Shown here in pieces: positions 27,222 through 35,629 of a stretch of DNA of 64,000 nt. The position numbers and the translations under genes were made by a program. Origin of the DNA: an uncultured Verrucomicrobiae bacterium (GTDB taxonomy: Bacteria; Verrucomicrobiota; Verrucomicrobiia; Opitutales; JABDGR01); the NCBI GenBank assembly GCA_963765205.1, contig CAVXVB010000008.1, positions 65,076 to 129,075 on the forward strand, given 5' to 3'. The notes beneath the pieces were generated by a model. That model did not search any database. It was given only the letters and a program-made list of their open reading frames with translations, and was not told the DNA's origin. Positions within the stretch are counted from its first letter, which is position 1. Each line of letters opens with the position of its first letter.

Positions 27222-28232
27222 TTAGGGGTGGGGCCATCCGCAACTTCGAGCAGACCGGTCGCCAAAACGTTCGCCGCCTCCGCGGCGATTGGCCCGGCTT
27301 CCCGCGCCGCGGGGGGGTTCTGCATCACCCAAAACAGGCACGCCTTGGCTGCGCAAAAGCAACCCGGTGGCCGACATCGGTTCAGCCTCCGCGCGCGCGA
27401 GCGGCACGTTGCGCGCATAGAGGTTGACCCACCGTTCATCCGCCTTGGCCTGCGCCTCCAACGCGCTTTGACGCGCGCGCAAGACGCTGAGCAGTGCAGC
27501 CCGCCGCGGTTCGCGCGGGCCTTGCGCCGCCGCCCGTTCGTAACCGCGCTGGTAAACATAATCGAGCCAGAGGCCCGGCACCGTCAGCGCGAACCCGGCG
27601 TAGATTGGAATGCCGATGATGCAGTGAACCAGCCCAAACCAAAGCGCGCGCCTCACGCGCCGTTTCACCGTCAACTTTTGGTTGCCCTTCCGGAAGGAAA
27701 CTTCCTCGGCGCGCGCCTCCCGAATCGCCGCGACGGCAAAGAGCAGCGGAAAAGTGACGGCCAGCACGCCGCTGATCGCCAGCCCCGCCGCGCTCGAACC
27801 CAAGTCCACCTCACCAAACGCCGGGTTGCCTTCGCCGCCGAGCAAGTGCCACCAGCCCCAACCCGTCCACGGCGCGAAATGATGCAACACCTCGCACACC
27901 ACGATGACTCCGGGGAGCGTCGCCAGCGTGCCCGGCAGGTAACGCCACCGCCACGCCCGGATGACATTCCACACCTGCCCCCGGTCCTTCTCGACAAACA
28001 AAGTCCGGTAGCCCGAGACGCTCAAAGCGCAACCGACCAGGGCCAGGATAACAATCGGCAGCGGATTCACCGACGGGGCCAAACCCCATGGTTTTGCGGG
28101 TATCGCGCTCACCGGCGAATTCACCCACGCCACAATGCACTCAAAAACAAAGCCCAGCAGGGCGAGAAAAATGAGCAAGGGCCTTAGCCGTTGATGTCTC
28201 TGCTGCTTGGTCAACTGGCGTCTCGGGCGCAT
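27222..28232 (-). CDS. CPBP-family (CAAX/Abi-like) intramembrane protease, apparently frameshifted near its 3' end
   Basis: Multi-TM protein with EEVSFR and FGLVH motifs. The coding signal continues in another frame (27113-27310, ending ...AAAQHAFYNLLLIVLVEIVVLSGQG) after a C7 run (plus-strand G7 at 27311-27317). Confidence 0.6.
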   Translation of the reverse strand: MRPRRQLTKQQRHQRLRPLLIFLALLGFVFECIVAWVNSPVSAIPAKPWGLAPSVNPLPIVILALVGCALSVSGYRTLFVEKDRGQVWNVIRAWRWRYLPGTLATLPGVIVVCEVLHHFAPWTGWGWWHLLGGEGNPAFGEVDLGSSAAGLAISGVLAVTFPLLFAVAAIREARAEEVSFRKGNQKLTVKRRVRRALWFGLVHCIIGIPIYAGFALTVPGLWLDYVYQRGYERAAAQGPREPRRAALLSVLRARQSALEAQAKADERWVNLYARNVPLARAEAEPMSATGLLLRSQGVPVLGDAEPPRGAGSRANRRGGGERFGDRSARSCGWPHP

Positions 28233-28305
28233 GGGATACGCAGGATTTAAGATGCCTCTGTCGCAGGCAAGAATAAACCGGGGTGGGCGTCGTGTTTATA
28301 CAGGC

Positions 28306-28375
28306 GGGCGCAGCAAGACTGCGCCCCTACAAAACCACGCTGTTTTTGCTGTAGGGGCGCAGACTTGCTGCGCCC
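28306..28375. repeat. REP-like palindrome pair (gggcgcagcaagactgcgcccc...)
   Basis: Two inverted copies of the hairpin unit separated by ctacaaaaccacgctgtttttgctgta. Confidence 0.7.
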
Positions 28376-28552
28376 GTTTTGCCGCCGATGAAAACCCACA
28401 CTGCCTGGGTGCACACGCGTCTAAATGCTCCCTTAATTCCCCCTCCTTTTCACGCAATCGCCGCACAAATGGCGCATGCCGCCCGTATTGTATCGCCCGG
28501 CCCCACTCCCGGGGCTGCCACTGATTAACCCACCCAACCCCCCCCGTTATCC

Positions 28553-28918
28553 ATGTCGCACGAACACAAAATTGAGCATCACCGCAAAGCTGCCAGCCAT
28601 CACGAACACGCCGCCCGGCACCACCATGCCGCCGCCGAGGCCCACGAAGCCGGCCACCACGAAAAAGCCGGTCATCACGCCCACGTCGCGCACGCCCACC
28701 ACGCCCACGCCGAGCACCACCACCACGAAGCCGCCAAACTCCACGCCCAGCACCACGACGACGCGGCCCGTCGAATTCCACGCGGAACAGCACGCGTAAA
28801 AATCGCGTTGTCTTCGCCCGCCAGCCAAAACCCGCCTCCCCCGAGGCGGGTTTTTTGTTGGCCGACAAAGACCGTCATGTCAAGTTGCCATAGTGCCTGC
28901 GCAAGCCCCGCGGCATAG
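28553..28918 (+). CDS. histidine-rich small protein
   Basis: MSHEHKIEHHRKAASHHEHAARHHHAAAEAHEAGHHEKAGHH... The last 40 codons of this frame read through a terminator hairpin. The true end is probably at 28799 in another frame (see findings). Confidence 0.6.
   Translation: MSHEHKIEHHRKAASHHEHAARHHHAAAEAHEAGHHEKAGHHAHVAHAHHAHAEHHHHEAAKLHAQHHDDAARRIPRGTARVKIALSSPASQNPPPPRRVFCWPTKTVMSSCHSACASPAA
28831..28856 (+). terminator. rho-independent terminator
   Basis: cccgcctc-cccc-gaggcggg followed by tttttt. Confidence 0.8.
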
Positions 28919-29216
28919 GGATCTCTTGCGGATTGAAAAGCACGCCAAGACGCCCCCAAACATAATCGTGGGACATTTTGACCCTTCATAAGCCATCGTG
29001 CGATTATAAATCTGGGTCATTTTCGCTCGCGCAAGCCCCCATTAATCCAGGCAGGATGTTGTAAATGAAAAGGTTATGAAAACGGCAAAAAATGGCATGT
29101 TTTTTGATGGGGAAAAAATTGCAGCCTTCAAGAATGGGGGTTTGCAGGCCGGCCCGGTCAAAGGCGGGACCAGGTTGGTCGCAGAAAACACCACTTCCGC
29201 CCGGGAAACTTGCATT

Positions 29217-29672
29217 ATGAATGTATTAACTCGCTGGGATCCGTTTCGGGAACTCGAGGACGTGCAACAGCGTCTCTCCGGCCTCTTGGGTCGCCGCCAG
29301 CAGCGCGGCGATACTGACGGCAACGAATCAATCACCGTGGCCCAATGGGCGCCCCTGGTTGATATCACCGAAGATGACAAAGAATACCTCATCAAGGTCG
29401 AAGTGCCTGAAATCAAACGCAACGAGATCAAGGTTACGGTCGAAAATGGCGTCCTTGTCATCGCTGGTGAGCGCAAATTCGAGAAGGAGGAAAAAGGCCG
29501 GAAATATCACCGCATCGAGCGCTCCTATGGCAGCTTTGGGCGCAGTTTTGACCTGCCCGATGACGCGGACGCCAACAAGGTGAACGCGGAATTCAAGGAC
29601 GGCTTGCTGTCGGTGCATATCGCCAAGAGCGAGGCGGCCCGCCCGAAACAAATCGAAGTCAAAGTCAATTGA
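29217..29672 (+). CDS. small heat shock protein (Hsp20/alpha-crystallin)
   Basis: From the Met at 29217: MNVLTRWDPFRELEDVQQRL..., with an ACD (VDITEDDKEYLIKVEVPEIKRNEIKVTVENGVLVIAGERK). Confidence 0.85.
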   Translation: MNVLTRWDPFRELEDVQQRLSGLLGRRQQRGDTDGNESITVAQWAPLVDITEDDKEYLIKVEVPEIKRNEIKVTVENGVLVIAGERKFEKEEKGRKYHRIERSYGSFGRSFDLPDDADANKVNAEFKDGLLSVHIAKSEAARPKQIEVKVN

Positions 29673-29779
29673 GGCGGCCGCCGGGCCGCGGGGCGCGCAG
29701 ACGCCCCCGGTCCCAGGATCCTACCGCCCTAATCCAAGTTCCATCCATAACACCAACCATACCCAGAGGAGGAATCACC

Positions 29780-30748
29780 ATGAAAACAAGCGCACTCATT
29801 CTTCGGGAAGGCCGCCAGTTGGCCATCGCCGTCGGCGTTTTCATGCTCGCGACGGCCACCCTGGCCCGGGCTGCTGACGGCGGCCCGACCAGTTCCGACC
29901 CCTTCATCCAAAAAATGAAGCAATGGCAGGACGATATGTCGCAATTATTCCACAACACCTGGCTGGGCCTCGGTCAGGATAAAAACGCCGCCAACCCCGG
30001 CCAATCCACCGTGGCCACCGCCTCCGTGGATTTGCGGGAGCAGCAGGATGGCTACACCGTGCGGCTGAATCTGCCCAGTCGCGATCTGACCAAGGTGGAA
30101 ATCAACCTCACCGGCAACACCCTGCATATTGTCGCTCCCGCCGACGGCAAGGTGGGGCGCTACGAGCAAAACATCCAGCTTGACGGGGTCGCCCCCAAGT
30201 CGGCGCCCCAAATCGAACGCAAGCAGAACGACAATCTGATCGTCATCAACGTCCCCAAGGCGCCGGATGTTGCCGACACCAAACCCGCCGCCCTGCCCGC
30301 TGCCCCGCTGGCTGGCTGGGATGCGTGGGACCGCGACGTGCTTGAGCAGATGGACCGCATGCAGCGGGATATGGACAGCATCTTCAATCAAGCCTTCGCG
30401 GAATATCACAACCAGCCGGGCTTTGGCGGGGTCTTTAACCAAGCCCGCTTCGATTCCTCCTTCGAGGTGCAGGAGGAGGGCAATAAATACGTGGTCCGGG
30501 CCTATCTGCCCGCCCGCGATATGAACAACGTCAACGTGTCCATCGAAGGACAAATCCTGAAGATCGAAGCCAAGAGCGAAGACACCCCCTCGGGGGCAAA
30601 TTCCGCGCAGAATGAAAAGGACGGCGCCATTGTTTCGCGCAAAGCCCTCTATTCACAACTGCTCACGCTGCCAGGCCCTGTGCAGGCCGACAAGATGACG
30701 GTTGACCGCAAGGAAAACATGCTCGTGGTCACGCTGCCCAAAGCGTAA
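29780..30748 (+). CDS. secreted protein with two alpha-crystallin (Hsp20-like) domains
   Basis: ggagga RBS upstream of the ATG at 29780. Signal peptide MKTSALILREGRQLAIAVGVFMLATATLARA. Two ACD-like units (VDLREQQDGYTVRLNLP...TLHIVAP and FEVQEEGNKYVVRAYLP...ILKIEAK). Confidence 0.7.
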   Translation: MKTSALILREGRQLAIAVGVFMLATATLARAADGGPTSSDPFIQKMKQWQDDMSQLFHNTWLGLGQDKNAANPGQSTVATASVDLREQQDGYTVRLNLPSRDLTKVEINLTGNTLHIVAPADGKVGRYEQNIQLDGVAPKSAPQIERKQNDNLIVINVPKAPDVADTKPAALPAAPLAGWDAWDRDVLEQMDRMQRDMDSIFNQAFAEYHNQPGFGGVFNQARFDSSFEVQEEGNKYVVRAYLPARDMNNVNVSIEGQILKIEAKSEDTPSGANSAQNEKDGAIVSRKALYSQLLTLPGPVQADKMTVDRKENMLVVTLPKA

Positions 30749-30939
30749 TCCCACGGCCCACTGCCCCCTGGGCGCCACCGGCTTGCCGGAGAAAATCCGG
30801 CAAGCCTTGGCGTTCATTAAATACCTTCGCCGACTTGCTCATTCAAGACGCGGTCCCTGCGTTTTTTCGCGCGGTTTGCCGCACAAGAGCAGACGGCCAT
30901 CGGGATTTTAGTGACCCAACCTCCGCCCGTCACGAACAA

Positions 30940-30965
30940 CCCGCCTCCCTCGAGGCGGGTTTTTT
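30940..30965 (+). terminator. rho-independent terminator (near-identical to 28831-28856)
   Basis: cccgcctc-cctc-gaggcggg followed by tttttt. Confidence 0.8.
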
Positions 30966-31158
30966 GTTGGAGGGGATCAATGCAGGCGGGGTCTGGTGCA
31001 TGCCGCCTGGATGCCCTCCACCACCTTAGCGACCACCAACCGGCGGGCGCAGAGTTGCTGGATGTTCCGCCCGTTTTCCATTTTGATTGCCTTTAATGGG
31101 CCCGCGCCGACAATTTATCCAAAATTTAAGTTGTCGCACTGCCTCAGCCGCTTCCGTC

Positions 31159-32109
31159 ATGTACACCACCGACAGCTCCATCTACAAACACGAACACAAT
31201 TTTACCGGCGACACCGCCTCCGCCGAGCAACGCACCCGCATTGTGGTCGCGCTCACCGCCGCCATGATGCTGGTGGAAATCATTGCCGGTCATTTTTTCC
31301 ACTCGATGGCGTTGATCGCGGACGGCTGGCACATGGGCACCCACGTCGCGGCCTTTGTCCTCGCGGCGGTGGCTTATGCCTTTGGCCGCCGCCACGCGCG
31401 GGACGCCCGCTTCACCTTTGGCACGGGCAAAGTCGGCGTCTTGGGCGCGTTTGCCAGCGCGATTGTCTTATCCCTCATCGCCCTGCTCATCGCGGGCGAA
31501 TCCGTGCAACGCCTGCTCACGCCGCAAACCATCCATTTTCGGGAAGCCATTTTCATCGCCGCCGCGGGCCTGGCCACGAACCTTATCTGCGCTTTCGTGC
31601 TGAAAGACCAACCCCATTACCACCATCATCATCACGACCACGCCGCCGCCGGCCACGATCATGATCTGAATCTAAAGGCCGCCTACCTCCACGTCCTCGC
31701 GGATGCAGTCACCTCGCTCAGCGCCATTTTCGCCCTGAGCGCCGGTTACTTTTTCGGCTGGACTTGGCTGGACGCCGCCATGGGCCTCGTCGGCACGGCG
31801 GTCATTTTATCCTGGGCTTATGCGCTCCTGCGCGACACCAGCTCCATTCTGGTGGACCGCGTGCCCGCCGCCTCCGATTTGCCAGAGGTCATTCGTGAAG
31901 GCATCGAGTCGGACGGCGACGCCGTGATCACCGACCTCCACATCTGGCAGGTCGGCGTCAATAAATTCGCGGCCATCATCAGCCTCGTCGCCCACCACCC
32001 CAAAACCCCGGCGGAATACCGCCAGGCCCTCCTGATTCACGAGGAACTGGTCCATGTGAATGTGGAAGTGCAAGTGTGCCACGCGCCTGCAACCAGCCTC
32101 CGCGGATAA
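31159..32109 (+). CDS. cation diffusion facilitator (CDF) family metal efflux transporter
   Basis: Six TM segments. HSMALIADGWH and LHVLADAVTS motifs. His-rich loop HYHHHHHDHAAAGHDHD. Confidence 0.85.
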   Translation: MYTTDSSIYKHEHNFTGDTASAEQRTRIVVALTAAMMLVEIIAGHFFHSMALIADGWHMGTHVAAFVLAAVAYAFGRRHARDARFTFGTGKVGVLGAFASAIVLSLIALLIAGESVQRLLTPQTIHFREAIFIAAAGLATNLICAFVLKDQPHYHHHHHDHAAAGHDHDLNLKAAYLHVLADAVTSLSAIFALSAGYFFGWTWLDAAMGLVGTAVILSWAYALLRDTSSILVDRVPAASDLPEVIREGIESDGDAVITDLHIWQVGVNKFAAIISLVAHHPKTPAEYRQALLIHEELVHVNVEVQVCHAPATSLRG

Positions 32110-32354
32110 GAATGTTGATTTTGGGGTTCGTTGCAAGACCGATACAATTCAATCTCTAATAGAACTGCTGAAATTAGCATATTCCAATGTTACTTTTAAG
32201 AAGGCAAAATTCCACCCATCAGATTATAGCTTGAAATACACATAGCTTGTTTGGCAGGTGATGGGGACTTCGCAAGCTTGCTCATCTATGAGTGCGACGC
32301 TGCGTAGCAAGCCGCCATCGCCGTTTCAAATCTACCCCCCTCCCCAAATAAATC

Positions 32355-32383
32355 TTGCGCGGACCCGGCCATTTCCCGATAAT
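32355..32383 (+). promoter_or_regulatory. sigma70-like promoter upstream of the orphaned tRNA 5' fragment
   Basis: ttgcgc (32355-32360), a 17-nt spacer, then gataat (32378-32383). This is about 36 nt upstream of the tRNA fragment. Confidence 0.45.
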
Positions 32384-32419
32384 CACCGCTTGCCTGCGTG
32401 CCCCCTGGGCGCGGCGCAG

Positions 32420-32458
32420 GCCGGGATAGCTCAGTTGGTAGAGCGGCGCATTCGTAAT
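32420..32458 (+). other. tRNA-Thr 5' half fragment (att repeat, left island border)
   Basis: gccgggatagctcagttggtagagcggcgcattcgtaat matches 35630-35668 with one D-loop mismatch (t versus c). The sequences diverge after the anticodon loop. Confidence 0.8.
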
Positions 32459-32878
32459 TCCAAACTACGCTTAATCTTTTTAAGTATTATTGATTGTGAC
32501 GAGTTCTGATTGTTGAAAGAACTCGTTTTACGAGGGGAAAATGCCAGCAGGCGAAAAAATCGCCCGGCCTAGGCAAAAAACTTAAAAAAATGCGAATGCG
32601 CGCATTCGTTCATCAGGTTACAGGTCAGGGTTACAGGTTGTCTATTATGGCACTTAGACTTTAGGCAAAGGTGAAATCTCACACTGGCCAGCACCCAGCA
32701 CAAAAAACTTTCCGACGAAACCAAGCTTTCGAAGAAGCAAAGTTGCAATTAGCTGGTGAAGGGGGATTCGCAAGCTTGCTCATCCATGAGTGCGACGCTG
32801 CGTAGAGGCGGTAGCGCTCTAAGGCCGCGCGGCCAAGGAAATTGCTTCGCAATTTACAAGGCAGGAAGGCAGAACTTC

Positions 32879-33760
32879 TTAGTCGTTTTCCATCTTAAAA
32901 GTCTGGCGGCAACGGGGGTAATTTCTGCACCCCCAAAAAGTTCCCCTTGGCCCCTGCCGTTCAACCATCTTCACATCGCAACGAGGGCACGTCGGGGTGG
33001 TATAGTCCCCGGCTGTTATTTCGGCCAAAATTTCCCGGCGTGCTGCCTCGGGCAGTTGGTTCAGGTCTTTAAGCAGGTCAGAGCCGCTCACAAGGACAAG
33101 GGACTGACCCCGCGCGAATTGCACCGCCTCGGCCGTAAAGTCGCCCGTCGTCACAAAGAAGCCATGGCCCACCTTTTCCGCAGCCATGACCCCCAATAGC
33201 TCCCTGACGGGTTTGACGCCCACCGTGTAAACCCGCCATGCCTTGCACTGGACAAAGGCCGCAGGCTGCGATTCTCCGGGGTGGCTGATGATGATATCCA
33301 CGCCGCCATCCGCCCCTACCCTGTTCCGTCGCGCCACGTAGCCGGTCTTTTGGAAGTAGAGCGTCACCAGCATTTCCAAACGCCGCCATTCGAGTGCGGA
33401 TAGCAATTCAGGAGTAAAGCCTATGGGTTCAGGTGTGACGGAGGCTGGCGGCGCTCGCCACGCCCATGGTTCAGGAGTAAAATGTATGGGTTCAGAGGTG
33501 ACAGCGGCAGGCTGCGCTTGGGTGAGCCAGGGATGAGCGACCCGTAAAGAGGCATTCGGCTGGGTTGAAACGGAGCGGTGCTTAGCCTTCATCTTGATAC
33601 GCACCACCAAGGCGATTACCCCCACGCAGACAACAACGATGGCCGTCCATAACACCAGAGCGCGAAACTGCGGGGAGACTGTCCACCCTAATATAAACAG
33701 CCCCGCCAAGAGCGCTATTAGCTCAATCCAGTGTGCTTCCCGTTTACGGCTGCGACGCAT
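32879..33760 (-). CDS. membrane-anchored restriction-endonuclease-like (Mrr_cat) protein with C-terminal topoisomerase-type C4 zinc finger
   Basis: From the Met at 33758-33760: two TM helices, a PD-(D/E)xK-like core (GADGGVDIII...FVQCKAW) and CPRCDVKMVERQGPRGTFWGCRNYPRC. Confidence 0.7.
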   Translation of the reverse strand: MRRSRKREAHWIELIALLAGLFILGWTVSPQFRALVLWTAIVVVCVGVIALVVRIKMKAKHRSVSTQPNASLRVAHPWLTQAQPAAVTSEPIHFTPEPWAWRAPPASVTPEPIGFTPELLSALEWRRLEMLVTLYFQKTGYVARRNRVGADGGVDIIISHPGESQPAAFVQCKAWRVYTVGVKPVRELLGVMAAEKVGHGFFVTTGDFTAEAVQFARGQSLVLVSGSDLLKDLNQLPEAARREILAEITAGDYTTPTCPRCDVKMVERQGPRGTFWGCRNYPRCRQTFKMEND

Positions 33761-34192
33761 GGGGTAGTCAAGATTTGAGGTGAAGAAATCGCAAGTGAAG
33801 GCAAACATAGGCAGTGTCCTAACTTGGAAGTCATTGATTGTCAAACGACTAACGGAAATACCTGTCGACAAATAGATTGCGGCCCAAAAACCACCCAAAC
33901 TAATTTCATTGCCCACCGGGCAGGGGGTGGACAATGATTTGGAGACGAACATATTTAACCATGCCCAGCAAGAACAAAGAGCTTACGTATTTCGGCTAGG
34001 CAACCAAGCCTTATTTAAGGCCACCCAAAATACGACGGTGGGCAATTACGGTTTCACAATCAAAAAGCCTTTTTTGGCCGCATCTTTATTTTCACTTACA
34101 AGCATGGTTGGAACCGAAGCAACATGGGATATTGCGGCTATAAACAGGCGTCAGGGTGTATTGGCCGAACTTGCTGTTATCGCATGGCCAAT

Positions 34193-34321
34193 TTAGTTCG
34201 CCAAAATCATCATCCTTACCCACTCCGACAAATCCAACCCCCGCAACCTAGCCTTTTCCTCAATAGCCTCCAGTTCGTCCTTTCCAATCCTGCATGTTAC
34301 GAGGACAGCAAGCGCCAGAAG
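34193..34321 (-). CDS. possible ribbon-helix-helix mini-protein (no canonical start)
   Basis: Open frame of at most 42 codons ending ...GKDELEAIEEKARLRGLDLSEWVRMMILAN*. It resembles the RHH/MobC-type motif. Confidence 0.25.
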   Translation of the reverse strand, partial: LLALAVLVTCRIGKDELEAIEEKARLRGLDLSEWVRMMILAN

Positions 34322-34415
34322 TTACCATGGTAACCTTCCCGAAGGTTCTACCGCTATCTTTTTCAAATGTCATGCACGATTTCTTCTGTCGAATGTTCTA
34401 TATATAAACAAGGTT

Positions 34416-34447
34416 AGGCCCGGCGCCGCTTGCGCGGCGCCGGGCCT
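34416..34447 (-). terminator. perfect 14-bp GC hairpin downstream of the integrase
   Basis: aggcccggcgccgc-ttgc-gcggcgccgggcct, 19 nt after the int stop. Confidence 0.5.
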
Positions 34448-34465
34448 TATTCCTTGCTTGGATTT

Positions 34466-35536
34466 TTACGACACTATCCGGCTTGCCATCTCAGCGGAGT
34501 GCGTGTCTCGCAAATGCCCGTAGGTGCGTGCAACGAGAATGCCGCCGTCCTTGTGTCCAATCCAAGCGGCGATCGTTTTAAAGTCCACGCCTTTTTCGAG
34601 GACGTTGCTGACGAAGTAATGCCGCAAACAATGGTGGGTGAAGTGCGGCCAGCCCTTAAATTTGCAGACCGAGTTAAGGGCTTTTTTTGCGTCCGAAATT
34701 GGCACCAGAGGCTCGTTAGGACTGGGGTGGCGGGTTTCCCTGACCCTGTCCAGAAAGTCGCGCAGGACGGGGAATAGAGGCACTACGCGGGCCTCCTGGT
34801 TCTTGGTTCCCGTTGCTCCGCCCGTCACCGTGAAGGTGCTACGCTTGAAGTCCACATCCGCCAAACGAAAGGCGTTCGCCTCACCTTTGCGCATACCAGA
34901 ATAAGCCAGTAATTCTATCAAATCAGCCGCGGGTTCAGTTCTGGTGCTGCGTTTGCGAAGGAAATCAACCATCCATGCAAATTGCTCCCGGCTTGGAATG
35001 ACAATCGCCGCTTTGGGTTGCCGACGTTTTTGGATGACCTCAGCCGGGTTATCCAAAATCAAGTTTTCGCGCTTGGCGTATTTCAGGACAAGCAGCAGGG
35101 TATCGCGTTCCAAATTGAAGGACGCCGCCGCCACATGGTGACTGCGCTCACCCGCCCAGTCTTCACACGTTCCCCGGGTTACGTTTCGGACCGGAAGAGT
35201 GCCAAAGGTGGTCTTAAGTTGCCTGATGGCGAGCTCGCGGCGCAACCTTGAGCTTTCCTTGAGGTGTCCGCGCCAAGTGGCAAACCACTTGTCCGCCACC
35301 TCACCGAAGGTCAGGCGGGCGAGCTCGCGGGTGGGTTGGATGCCGCCGACCTTCTCCTTAAGCTGCATCAGGAGCCGCTCAGCCAGCCGTCTATCACAAG
35401 TTTTCAAAGAGCGACGGATTTGCTTGCCCCCGCGTTTGAAAAGCGCATAGTAGATGCCGGATGCGTTACACCGATACAGGCATTCAGCAACGAGTGTGTA
35501 ATCCTGCGATTTCGCGGGATTCTGTGAGTTTTCCAT
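34466..35536 (-). CDS. tyrosine-type site-specific integrase
   Basis: 356 aa. C-terminal catalytic motifs HHCLRHYF and GHKDGGILVARTYGHL. SAM-like N-terminal domain. Confidence 0.9.
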   Translation of the reverse strand: MENSQNPAKSQDYTLVAECLYRCNASGIYYALFKRGGKQIRRSLKTCDRRLAERLLMQLKEKVGGIQPTRELARLTFGEVADKWFATWRGHLKESSRLRRELAIRQLKTTFGTLPVRNVTRGTCEDWAGERSHHVAAASFNLERDTLLLVLKYAKRENLILDNPAEVIQKRRQPKAAIVIPSREQFAWMVDFLRKRSTRTEPAADLIELLAYSGMRKGEANAFRLADVDFKRSTFTVTGGATGTKNQEARVVPLFPVLRDFLDRVRETRHPSPNEPLVPISDAKKALNSVCKFKGWPHFTHHCLRHYFVSNVLEKGVDFKTIAAWIGHKDGGILVARTYGHLRDTHSAEMASRIVS

Positions 35537-35629
35537 GCCCTCAAACCTATCAGGTTACAGGTGCGGGTTACAACACTGTATTTCAGGGGGCATCAAACAT
35601 TTTCTAACTCGTTGATTTTCAACGATTAG

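Noticed and set aside
28296-28868. 190-aa minus-strand ORF opposite the His-rich gene, and the 28476..28799 plus-frame ORF.
   Set aside because: The antisense product is an Arg/Gly repeat that mirrors the His codons. The 28476 frame is Pro/Thr-rich except for its last 10 codons or so, which are used in the frameshift hypothesis.
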